From positions 32,001 through 96,000 of the forward strand of contig CAVSHR010000005.1 of the NCBI GenBank assembly GCA_963727625.1: a stretch of 64,000 nt of DNA, in the 5' to 3' direction. Within the stretch, counting starts at the first letter, position 1, and each line of letters opens with the position of its first letter. The position numbers and the translations under genes were made by a program. Below are positions 1 to 8,582 of this stretch, piece after piece. This DNA comes from an uncultured delta proteobacterium (GTDB lineage Bacteria; Desulfobacterota; Binatia; UBA9968). The notes beneath the pieces are model-generated. The model saw nothing but the letters and a program-made list of their open reading frames with translations, made no database searches and was not told the origin of the DNA.

Positions 1-4
1 CCCG

Positions 5-1633
5 ATGGTGCGCCGCGGCGGCGAGCAGGGTTTCCAATGTGCGTCTTGGGACCAAGCGCTCGAACTCGTCGGCAAAGCGATCCATGACACTGCACCGCAC
101 GAGATGGGTTTCGTCGCCGCCTCCCACAGTTTGACCAACGAAACCTACTATACTTTCCAGAAATTGGCGCGCGTGCTCGGCACCAACAACGTCGATCTCT
201 GCTCCTGTCCCGGCCACGCCGCCGCCGCTTCCGGCTTGAAAGCGACGCTAGGTGTCGGTGCGCCGACATGTTCTTTGTCCGATTTTATCGGCACCGACCT
301 GCTGGTCGTTTTCGGCGCGGATCTCGCCGACAACCAACCGGTCACCGGCAAGTACCTGCGCTACGCGCGGCAGGTCGGCACGCGCGTCGTGGTTGTCGAT
401 GGCGCGCCGGAAACCGGCCTTAGGGAAGACGGCGTGCCCGCAACGGTGAGCCGCGCCCTTTTCCGCGCAAAGTTAATCGATGACTTCTTCCGGGTCGGTA
501 AAGGGGGAGAAATCGCCTTCATCAATGGCGTGCTCAAGGTTTTGATCGCCAACGAGCTGCTCGACCGCGGCTATGTCGATCAGCACACCGCCGGCTTTGC
601 CGGCTTGAAGGCTGCCCTCGACCGGCAATCCTGGGAACTGCTTGAGCAACGCTCCGGCCTTGCGCGCAGCGAGATGCAGAGATTCGCTCTGCTCTACGGC
701 CAGGCGCGCTCCGCGGTCATCGTCTTCACCATGGGACTTACGCAGCAAGAGTGCGGCGCCAATAACGTTAAGGCCGTCGTCAACCTCGCGCTCGCGCGCG
801 GCATGCTCGGCCGCGAACGGTGCGGCGTCATGCCGATCCGCGGCCAGAGTGGTGCCCAGGGCGCAGGGGAATGCGGCGTCGCGGCGGATAAGTTTCCCGG
901 TGGTTATTCAATCAATGACGATACTGCGCGCAGGTTCTCCAACCTCTGGCATCATCCGGTCCCTTCCCAGCCCGGACTCAACGCCCGGGAGATGATCGAG
1001 ACTGCGCATCGAGGCGAAATGAAGTTTCTTTACGCCGTCGGCGGCAACCTGTTCGACACCATGACCGATGGGCATTTCGTCGCCGACGCGCTTGGCCGCG
1101 TTTCCATTCGGGCGCATCAAGTCCTGGCGCTCAACCCATCCATGCTGGTTGAGGGCGAACAAACCGTGGTGCTGCTGCCGGGACAAACCCGCTACGAGCA
1201 GAAGAGCGGCGGCACCTCGACCAGCACGGAAAGAAGAATTCGCTTCACCCCGGAGATCCCCGGGCACACTCCCGGCGAGGCGCTGCCTGACTGGGAAATT
1301 CCCTCGCTCATCGGCCGCAAGACCATGCCCAACGGCGACAAACTTTTTCCGTTCAATGACACTCAGTCGATCCGTGAAGAAATGAGCCGGGTGATGCCGA
1401 TCTACCAGGGCATCGAAAAGCTCACACAAGAAGGCGACCATTTGCAATGGGGCGGGCCGGAGCTGCATCGAGACGGATTCACCGCCATGCCGAACAACCG
1501 CGCGTTGTTTACGCCTCTGGACCCGCCGGATCCGAAACCCGCGGAGCGGGAATCCGAGCGCGGCAACCAGCGCGACGAGGCGATCGGCACGACAGCCTCC
1601 ACCCATTCCAAAGGATCGGTCAACCAACCGTGA
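5..1633 (+). CDS. FdhF/YdeP-family molybdopterin oxidoreductase-like protein (5' end outside window; degenerate active-site motif)
   Basis: SWDQAL, LTNETYY..QKLAR.LGTNNVD.C, MGLTQ, PIRGQSG.QG and TSTERRI motifs of the FdhF/YdeP family; the usual CxRxCH motif reads CSCPGH. Confidence 0.8.
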   Translation: MVRRGGEQGFQCASWDQALELVGKAIHDTAPHEMGFVAASHSLTNETYYTFQKLARVLGTNNVDLCSCPGHAAAASGLKATLGVGAPTCSLSDFIGTDLLVVFGADLADNQPVTGKYLRYARQVGTRVVVVDGAPETGLREDGVPATVSRALFRAKLIDDFFRVGKGGEIAFINGVLKVLIANELLDRGYVDQHTAGFAGLKAALDRQSWELLEQRSGLARSEMQRFALLYGQARSAVIVFTMGLTQQECGANNVKAVVNLALARGMLGRERCGVMPIRGQSGAQGAGECGVAADKFPGGYSINDDTARRFSNLWHHPVPSQPGLNAREMIETAHRGEMKFLYAVGGNLFDTMTDGHFVADALGRVSIRAHQVLALNPSMLVEGEQTVVLLPGQTRYEQKSGGTSTSTERRIRFTPEIPGHTPGEALPDWEIPSLIGRKTMPNGDKLFPFNDTQSIREEMSRVMPIYQGIEKLTQEGDHLQWGGPELHRDGFTAMPNNRALFTPLDPPDPKPAERESERGNQRDEAIGTTASTHSKGSVNQP

Positions 1634-1669
1634 ACGACAGATAATCCGTGGGGGGAGAATTAACCTATC

Positions 1670-2131
1670 ATGATCTCGCTGCTCGTCTTTATCGCGTTCG
1701 TGGCTGCGGCGGCTGTCGTCGGCAGTCAATTCGGTCCCGGCCCGTGGTACTTGGCGTTGCAAAAACCCAACTGGACGCCGCCGAACTGGCTCTTCGCCCC
1801 GGTGTGGACGCTGATCTACATCGGCATCGCCGTGGCCGGCTGGCTCACCTGGCGCGCCAACAGCACGGATCGTGCCAGGCCGTTAGCACTCTGGTTCGTT
1901 CAGCTGATTTTGAATGCTCTTTGGTCATGGATCTTTTTTGGGCTGCAACGGCCGGACGTCGCGTTCGCCGATATCGTCTTATTGTTCATGTTCGTCTGCG
2001 GGTTCATATTGAGCATCAGAAAAACAAGCCCGGCGGCAGCTTGGTTATTTTTCCCCTATGCGCTCTGGGTAGGCTTTGCCTCGGCACTGAACTTTACAAT
2101 TTGGCGGCTGAATCCTATGACTCCCGGCTGA
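1670..2131 (+). CDS. tspO: TspO/MBR tryptophan-rich sensory protein
   Basis: WY..L.KP.WTPPNWLFAPVWT.IY, LNALWSWIFFG, PYALWVGFA.ALN. Confidence 0.92.
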   Translation: MISLLVFIAFVAAAAVVGSQFGPGPWYLALQKPNWTPPNWLFAPVWTLIYIGIAVAGWLTWRANSTDRARPLALWFVQLILNALWSWIFFGLQRPDVAFADIVLLFMFVCGFILSIRKTSPAAAWLFFPYALWVGFASALNFTIWRLNPMTPG

Positions 2132-2185
2132 GCGCGGTTGTCGACATCAGCGCTTCCAATGTGATCCTTTCGCGGAGGATTAATT

Positions 2186-3346
2186 ATGCAAAAGACATCG
2201 AAGCAAGAACTTTTTCCGCGTTTTTCCAATACCGAATACACACGCCGTTACACTGCGATTCGCGAGGCGATGGACAAAGACGGTCTCGATGCGATCCTCA
2301 TCTCCGGCGGGCGGGGATCTTCCGAAGTCCACTATCTGTCGAATTATCTGGCTCAATCCCCCTGTTGGCTGTTATTTCCGCGCCAGCAAGCGCCCGCGGT
2401 ATTCATTCATTTTTTCAATCACCAGCCCTGCGCCCAGGCGCAGTCGATCATCGAAGATGTTCGTTGGTACGGTCCGGCGCCGATGCCCACGATCGCCGAA
2501 GAAATCCGCAAGCGCGGTCTCGACAAAAGCAGGATCGGCCTCGTGAGCATGCGCGCCATGGCCTACGGCCATGTAACAGAATTACAGCGCCAGTTTCCTG
2601 AAGCGGAGTTTATGGATTTCGGCTCGCAGTTCGGCCGCATTCGCCGGGTGCGCAGCGAAGAAGAATTGGCTTATCTCCGCAAGAGCGGCTATTTGACCGA
2701 CCTTGCCTGCGAAGCCTTGGAGAACCATCTGCGCCCCGGTTTGAACGAACAAGAAGTGCTGTCGATCGCCTACGGCGCTTATATCAAACAGGGCGGTGAT
2801 CCCGGCATTCATTTCATCGCGACCACGAACATGGACAGCCCCGACCGCTTCGTCCCCTGGCAAAAGCAAACCTTACGCATTTTAGAAAAAGGCAGCGTGG
2901 TCATCACCGAGCTCACGGTCAGCTACTGGGGCTACTCAACCCAGATTCATCGCCCCTTTGCCATCGGCAAAGAGCCGTCGCCGACCTATCGCAAGCTCTT
3001 CGACGCGGCTTTCGCTTGCTACGAAAACATCCGCAAGATCTGCCGACCCGGCACCAGCAGCGAGCAGATCGTCGCGGCGTCATCGGTGATCGAAGACAGC
3101 GGCTTCACTTCCTACGACAGCGTGTTTCACGGCGAAACGGGAAAATCTCCGGAACTCGGCACCCAATCGGCGGCTCACCCTCTCGAACCATGGACGCTGC
3201 AGAAAAACATGGTTCACGTCATCCAACCCAACCCGATTACAAAAGACTTTAAAGCCGGGCTTCAGCTCGGCGCCGCGGTGATCGTGAAAGCGAGCGGCGG
3301 CGAGCCGCTGCACAACTATCCATTCAAGTTTCCGATCTGCGGGTGA
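2186..3346 (+). CDS. M24 (Xaa-Pro peptidase/creatinase-like) family protein
   Basis: Creatinase-type N domain, R.VRSEEEL linker, RPG..E, GY...I.R.F; canonical metal ligands substituted. Confidence 0.75.
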   Translation: MQKTSKQELFPRFSNTEYTRRYTAIREAMDKDGLDAILISGGRGSSEVHYLSNYLAQSPCWLLFPRQQAPAVFIHFFNHQPCAQAQSIIEDVRWYGPAPMPTIAEEIRKRGLDKSRIGLVSMRAMAYGHVTELQRQFPEAEFMDFGSQFGRIRRVRSEEELAYLRKSGYLTDLACEALENHLRPGLNEQEVLSIAYGAYIKQGGDPGIHFIATTNMDSPDRFVPWQKQTLRILEKGSVVITELTVSYWGYSTQIHRPFAIGKEPSPTYRKLFDAAFACYENIRKICRPGTSSEQIVAASSVIEDSGFTSYDSVFHGETGKSPELGTQSAAHPLEPWTLQKNMVHVIQPNPITKDFKAGLQLGAAVIVKASGGEPLHNYPFKFPICG

Positions 3347-3443
3347 TTACGGCTCATGGGCAGGCACTAAGAGGCTAGGAGAGAGGCGGACTTCTCATTT
3401 TAGCAGTGCTTGATACAACTATGATTGGGGTTATCTATACTTA

Positions 3444-3660
3444 GACGATGAGATCGCATGCATCGGTTACAGCTTCTGCATCGCCAAGCGGAGTGCAGGG
3501 GGACTCAGCCTGCCCGAACGCCGCGGGCTGGAATTCGTCATCAACGAAATCACTAGAACCAGATCCCAAGACCGCCGGCGCAACACCGGGAAGCTTGAAG
3601 CCAGTGGAGCCAAGCATCTAGGCGAAGATCAAGGAGAACGGGTCGTCGAAAGAGTCAAAG
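3444..3660 (+). pseudogene. Probable relic of the C-terminus of a NitT/TauT-type ABC substrate-binding protein
   Basis: Translates across frameshifts and a stop to DDEIACIGY..LSLPERRGLEFVI..PDPKTAGATP..VEPSI*AKIKENG. This resembles the C-terminus of 13871-14869 (KGIEFML..DPRAK..VDSSFLQELEKSG). Confidence 0.4.
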
Positions 3661-3803
3661 GCTCGGCTGTGGATCCTGTGATCTTGCTGCGCCTTTCCTT
3701 AAGAGTCAAATATGCTAAATCATACAAGCGAAATAATCGCGATACGCCGTGAGAAATTATCAGCGCGTCGTCGCCAATCATTACGGTCAACCAAAGGATA
3801 CCC

Positions 3804-4118
3804 ATGTTCCGGACTTCCATCGGCCGTCTGCGCACCATCGGCCTTATCGAAGGCGTATCGTTTCTCCTATTGCTCGGCGTCGCCATGCCGATGAAATATT
3901 TCGCCGGCGTGCCCCAGGCCGTGACCGTCGCCGGCTGGCTCCACGGTTTGCTGTTTATGGCCTTCTGCATCGCATTGACTCAAGCCCATCAAGACGCGAA
4001 CTGGAGCCCCTGGCGCAGCGGGACCGTATTGATCGCCGCCCTGCTTCCCTTTGGCCCTTTCGTAATCGACAAAAAGCTCCGCGAGGAAGAGCACGCCTTG
4101 CACAAGCTTGACCGTTGA
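3804..4118 (+). CDS. DUF3817 family membrane protein
   Basis: R.IGLIEGVSFLLLLGVAMPMKY, G..HG.LF, LPFGPF. Confidence 0.85.
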   Translation: MFRTSIGRLRTIGLIEGVSFLLLLGVAMPMKYFAGVPQAVTVAGWLHGLLFMAFCIALTQAHQDANWSPWRSGTVLIAALLPFGPFVIDKKLREEEHALHKLDR

Positions 4119-4161
4119 ACTCGGGTCAAAGAAACGAGCGCGACACCCCTGATTCGGAGGT

Positions 4162-4845
4162 ATGACATTGAAGCTTTATTACCACCCATCCTCGACCACC
4201 TGCCGGCCGATCATGCTGTTGGCCGCGGCGGATAAAATAGCCGTCGAATATCAACTCGTCGATCTTTTTACCGGGGAAAATTATCAGCCGGCGTTCACGG
4301 CCACTAACCCGAATCAAGCCGTTCCCTTTCTCGAAGACGGCGAGTTTCGTTTGGGCGAAAGCTCGGCGATCCTCAAGTATCTCGCCGACAAGCAAAACTC
4401 GCCGGTCTATCCGAAGGATTTGCAGAAGCGCGCGCGGGTCAACGAGCGTATGGACTGGTTTAACACCGGGCTTTATCGCGATCTGGGCTACGGATTTATC
4501 TATCCCCAGGTGATCGACGCCTACCGCTACCCTGAGGCTGAGATTCAAGCCGCGACCTTGGCCCACGCCCGGGAGAAGGCGAAAAAATGGCTCAAGATTC
4601 TCGATGAAAACATCCTTGGCGGCAAGAATTCCTTCGTTTGCGGTGATGGCCCGACGCTCGCCGACTATCTCGGCGCGTGCATGATTACGCTCGGCGAGGT
4701 GATCCGTCTCGATTATTCACCCTATCCGAACCTCGGCCGCTGGCTTGGCGCAATGAAGTCGCTGCCCTATTGGACCGCCGCCAACGAAGTTTTCTACACG
4801 CAGTTCGTCGCCATGTACAAAGATACCCAGTTCGAAGGATTATAA
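4162..4845 (+). CDS. Glutathione S-transferase family protein (theta-like)
   Basis: NP...VP.L.DG.F.L.ES.AIL.YLA, TLAD. Confidence 0.9.
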   Translation: MTLKLYYHPSSTTCRPIMLLAAADKIAVEYQLVDLFTGENYQPAFTATNPNQAVPFLEDGEFRLGESSAILKYLADKQNSPVYPKDLQKRARVNERMDWFNTGLYRDLGYGFIYPQVIDAYRYPEAEIQAATLAHAREKAKKWLKILDENILGGKNSFVCGDGPTLADYLGACMITLGEVIRLDYSPYPNLGRWLGAMKSLPYWTAANEVFYTQFVAMYKDTQFEGL

Positions 4846-4878
4846 TTCCGGCGCTGCCGGATCGAAGGAGGGCAAAGC

Positions 4879-5373
4879 ATGATCAAAGGACTGCATCATA
4901 ACGCCTACCGCTGCCGCGACTCGGAACAGACGCGGCACTTTTATGAAGACTTTCTCGGGCTCAAGCTCGCGCACACCCTCGAGATCACCGAAACCAAGAC
5001 CGGCCGCACCAGCCGCGTGCTGCATACCTTCTTTCAGATGGACGACGGCTCCTGTCTGGCGTTTTTCGAGGCGCCGGACATGCCCTTCAATTTCAAGCCG
5101 CAGCAAGACTTCGATCTTCACATCGCTCTCGAAGTCGACGAGCCGACGCTCGAGTCGATGTTCGCCAAAGGCAAAACGCAGGGTTTCGAAACCCGCGGCA
5201 TCGTCGACCACGGCATGGTACATTCCATCTACTTCAGAGACCCCAACGGCTATGTCATCGAGCTGACGGCGAAGATGCCGGGTCACGATGCGGCGATGAA
5301 TCCGTCTGCCAACGGCGCGCGGCAGATACTCGACAACTGGGAAAAGGCCAAGCAGAGTCGCGCCGCACCCTGA
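4879..5373 (+). CDS. VOC/glyoxalase family protein
   Basis: GLHH.AY, FYED.LG, H.AL, SIYFRDPNGYVIEL. Confidence 0.9.
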   Translation: MIKGLHHNAYRCRDSEQTRHFYEDFLGLKLAHTLEITETKTGRTSRVLHTFFQMDDGSCLAFFEAPDMPFNFKPQQDFDLHIALEVDEPTLESMFAKGKTQGFETRGIVDHGMVHSIYFRDPNGYVIELTAKMPGHDAAMNPSANGARQILDNWEKAKQSRAAP

Positions 5374-5378
5374 TTTCA

Positions 5379-5795
5379 ATGCGTCCGGTGATTCAGAGTG
5401 AAACTACCGGCTGCGGCATCGCCAGCGTTGCCGCCATCGCCGGTGTCAGCTACGCCAAAGCGACAAGGATCGCCGGCGATCTCGGTATTCGCGCTCAAGA
5501 CGAAAAACTCTGGTCCGAAACCGCGCCTGTGCGAAAACTTTTGCGGCATTTCCGTTATCACCCAGATCACGGCGAGCAACTCTTCCGCTCATGGAAAACC
5601 CTTCCTGACCTCGCCCTGCTCGCGATCAAATGGCATGTCGAGAAAAACCGCGCTTTTTGGCATTGGGTCGTGTTCGTGAGAGATAAAAAAAGCAGCTACG
5701 TACTCGACTCGAAGAAGACGCTGCGCAGCCACCGGCGTACCGATTTCGGCCGGATGAAGCCGAAATGGTACATCGGAGTGAAACGGCTGGCATAA
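5379..5795 (+). CDS. Stand-alone C39-like cysteine peptidase domain protein
   Basis: V.Q....GCG.A..A (Gln oxyanion residue plus Cys), HWVV (His), VLD (Asp). Confidence 0.6.
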   Translation: MRPVIQSETTGCGIASVAAIAGVSYAKATRIAGDLGIRAQDEKLWSETAPVRKLLRHFRYHPDHGEQLFRSWKTLPDLALLAIKWHVEKNRAFWHWVVFVRDKKSSYVLDSKKTLRSHRRTDFGRMKPKWYIGVKRLA

Positions 5796-5866
5796 TCCGG
5801 TATCGTTACGAATCGCCCTATACCAAAGCCCAAGGCCTCGACCGGTTAGATCCGCTCGATTTATTA

Positions 5867-5905
5867 AAGGAGACAGTCCCCTTCCGAGCGAGGGGCTGTC
5901 CCCTT
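5867..5905. terminator. GC-rich hairpin between convergent genes (possible bidirectional terminator or GGGACAGTCCC-type repeat)
   Basis: AAGGAGACAGTCCCCT...AGGGGCTGTCCCCTT inverted repeat. Confidence 0.5.
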
Positions 5906-5918
5906 CAAATAAAACCAT

Positions 5919-7697
5919 TCAGCGCATCTGGCAGACCACATCGACAAGGGCGGGCTTGCCGCCTTTGACCACTTTCACGGCTTCGCGCAGCGTTTTGATC
6001 AAATCCTTCGGCTCGGTGATCGGCCCGGCGCCCCAGCAGCCGTAGGTGCGCGCCATGGCACCGAAGTCGACGTTGGGATCTTCGATGCGGATGCCGATGG
6101 TTTTGTTTTCCACCGGGCGGTTGCGCACTACGGCGATCCGCTCCTGATGCTCTTCGTCGTTGAAATAGGAACGGTTGCTGCACACGATGATCAGCAGCGG
6201 GATCTGATGATGCACCGCAGTCCAGAGCGCGCTCACGGTGAAGAGCAGATCGCCGTCGGGTTGCATATCGACGCAAAACTTCCCCGAGCCCTTGTGCGCC
6301 AACGCGGCGCCGACCGATGCCGGCAAGCCGTAGCCCAAGCCGCCGCCTTTGTATTTGCCGAGAATCTGGTTGAACTTGGCCGCCGGCAGATACTGATTTT
6401 CCTTGCCTTGCGAGCTGCCGTTGGTCAGCACCCAGTCTTCGCCTTTAAGCGCCTCGTTGAGCTCGGCGTAGATCCGCGTCATGGAAATCGGCTTCTCGTC
6501 CCACTTCGCCTTGAGCTCTCTTTCCAGCCCGGCCTTTTTATCTTCATAAATATTGTCCCAATCGGCGCGCCGCTTGGCGATCTCTTCTTTCAAGTCGCCG
6601 AACTTTTTCGCGGCCTTCAAGCGCCGAACCAATTCCGGCAAGAACACCGAAGTATCGGCGGTGATCATCAGATCCGCCTCGCGGAGCTTGTTGAAATCCG
6701 TCGCCCAGGCGCGCACCAGCAAGTCGTCGAGGCCGACGTTGATGATTTTCGTGCCGGCCGTCATCAACGGCGTCGCCCGGCGATTACCCCTTTCCTGCGC
6801 CCTGCGCGCCGTGGCGCCTTCGAGGTCGGGAACATCGAGGGCCAATACCAAATCGGCTTGCGGGAGGACTTTTTCAGCCTGACCGGTGAGATTGAGCGGA
6901 TGCTGCACGGGAAAATTGAACCGGCCGAATTGATCGAGCACCGGTGCGCTCAGCAACTCGGCCAACTCACCGAGCGCGTTGAAGCCCGCTTCTCTCCTGC
7001 CCACCCAATCCGCCAGGATCACCGGCTTCTTTGCTTCGAGCAACCAGCGGATGGTTTTATCAAAACCTTCTTCCGGCGCTTGCAGCGGTAGCGCAGCAGG
7101 ATAGCGCTCAAGGGAAGGAAATCTCACTTCGCTTTCCAACTTTTTTTCCTGCACGTCGCCGTCGTAGCAAATATAGACCGGCCCCTGCGGATCGGTGGTC
7201 GCCAAGCGATAAGCGCGGATGAAGGAATCCGGCACCGCTTCGACGCTGCCGGGTTGGTCATCCCACTTGACGAAGTCGCGCACCAGGTTGCCCTGCACCA
7301 GCGCGGTGTGCACCCAGTCGATCCACGGCCGGCGATTGGCCGTGTCCATCGGCCCGGTGCCGCCGAGCACGATCACCGGCAAGCGGTCCGCCCAGGCGTT
7401 GTAGATCGCCATCGAGGCATGCTGCAAACCGACGATGTTGTGCACCGCTGCGGCCATCGGCCTGCCCTTGGCACGCGCGTAGCCATGGGCCAGCGCGACG
7501 CAGATCTCTTCATGGGTGCAAAGGATCAGTTCCGGCGCGTGATTGCCGCCGTAGTTGACCAGCGAATCGTGTAAACCGCGGAAGGTTGCTCCGGGGTTGA
7601 TCGCGATGTATTCGAACTCGAAGGCCTTGAGCAGGTCAACGACCACATCCGACCCCCACTCGGCGCGGGGTTTCTCCATCTTTTGTTGTTTAGCCAT
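5919..7697 (-). CDS. Thiamine diphosphate-dependent enzyme (benzoylformate decarboxylase/AHAS-like)
   Basis: NPGATFRGLHDSL, HEE catalytic Glu, (G/P)DG..F...ALWTA...NRSY ThDP motif. Confidence 0.9.
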   Translation of the reverse strand: MAKQQKMEKPRAEWGSDVVVDLLKAFEFEYIAINPGATFRGLHDSLVNYGGNHAPELILCTHEEICVALAHGYARAKGRPMAAAVHNIVGLQHASMAIYNAWADRLPVIVLGGTGPMDTANRRPWIDWVHTALVQGNLVRDFVKWDDQPGSVEAVPDSFIRAYRLATTDPQGPVYICYDGDVQEKKLESEVRFPSLERYPAALPLQAPEEGFDKTIRWLLEAKKPVILADWVGRREAGFNALGELAELLSAPVLDQFGRFNFPVQHPLNLTGQAEKVLPQADLVLALDVPDLEGATARRAQERGNRRATPLMTAGTKIINVGLDDLLVRAWATDFNKLREADLMITADTSVFLPELVRRLKAAKKFGDLKEEIAKRRADWDNIYEDKKAGLERELKAKWDEKPISMTRIYAELNEALKGEDWVLTNGSSQGKENQYLPAAKFNQILGKYKGGGLGYGLPASVGAALAHKGSGKFCVDMQPDGDLLFTVSALWTAVHHQIPLLIIVCSNRSYFNDEEHQERIAVVRNRPVENKTIGIRIEDPNVDFGAMARTYGCWGAGPITEPKDLIKTLREAVKVVKGGKPALVDVVCQMR

Positions 7698-7793
7698 AAT
7701 TTTTCCTTTCGACTTTTAATCGGAGCTGATCCGAACAGACCGGCCTATTAACTGGACGTGAGGCGGAAAACCGAGCGAGTTAGGAGATTACGG

Positions 7794-7884
7794 GGAAAAG
7801 CGGATTCCTCGCTGTGCGCGGAATGACAGATCACGGTCGATGGAGGCCCGTGTCATCCTGAACGCAGTGAAGGATCTGCTTTCC
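7794..7884. repeat. REP-like inverted-repeat element
   Basis: GGAAAAGCGGATTCCTCGCTGTGCGCGGAATGACA ... TGTCATCCTGAACGCAGTGAAGGATCTGCTTTCC, an imperfect 35-bp inverted pair. Confidence 0.7.
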
Positions 7885-7904
7885 GGTACGGGGCGTGACA
7901 GATC

Positions 7905-7959
7905 GTCTAGCGTTTAGAGTCTAGCGTCAACGCCTGGCCCTAAACCTTAGACGCTAGAC
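7905..7959. repeat. 7-nt periodic inverted repeat
   Basis: GTCTAGC-GTTTAGA-GTCTAGC ... CCTAAAC-CTTAGAC-GCTAGAC. Confidence 0.65.
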
Positions 7960-7961
7960 CG

Positions 7962-8579
7962 TTATCGCTTCGGTATCTCCATTCCACGCTTCACTGCCGG
8001 CCGCTCGGATATCACATCGAACCAGCGCTTCACGTTGGGAAATTCTTCGAGCTTCACGTGATGGCCTTCATGGCGTCCGACCCAGGGATAGGTGGCGATA
8101 TCGGCAATGGAATACTCGCCGGCGAGATAATCGCGCCGCCCCAGCTCTTTATCGAGCACGCCGTACAAACGCAGCGCCTCCTTGCGAAAGCGCTCGATGG
8201 CAAAAGGAATCTTTTCCTCGATCCGGCAAAAATAATTAGCCTGGCCGAACATCGGTCCGACCCCGCCCATTTGAAACATCAGCCACTGGATCACCATGTA
8301 ACGCTGCCGTATATCCACCGGCCAAAGCTTGCCGGACTTTTCCGCCAGATACATCAAGATCGCGCCCGACTCGAAGAGCGTAAACGGCTTGCCGCCCGGA
8401 CCGTCGGTATCGATGATCGAAGGAATTTTGTTGTTCGGATTGATCGCCAGATACTCCGGCTTGAACTGGTCTCCCTGGCCGATGCAGATCGGGTGCACTT
8501 CGTAAGGCAGTCCGATCTCTTCGAGCATGATCGAAACTTTTTTGCCGTTGGGCGTGCCCCAAGTATAAAGTTGAATCAT
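7962..8579 (-). CDS. Glutathione S-transferase, YfcG/Nu class
   Basis: TPNG.KV.IMLEE, INPNNKIP.I.D, LFESGAIL.YLAEK, WLMFQMGGVGPMFGQ. Confidence 0.92.
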   Translation of the reverse strand: MIQLYTWGTPNGKKVSIMLEEIGLPYEVHPICIGQGDQFKPEYLAINPNNKIPSIIDTDGPGGKPFTLFESGAILMYLAEKSGKLWPVDIRQRYMVIQWLMFQMGGVGPMFGQANYFCRIEEKIPFAIERFRKEALRLYGVLDKELGRRDYLAGEYSIADIATYPWVGRHEGHHVKLEEFPNVKRWFDVISERPAVKRGMEIPKR

Positions 8580-8582
8580 GCG

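Noticed and set aside
6147-7091. Long antisense or alternate-frame ORFs (e.g. 6147-7091, 908-1762, 15691-16560, 54859-55731)
   Set aside because: They shadow well-supported genes and are expected from high-GC codon bias.
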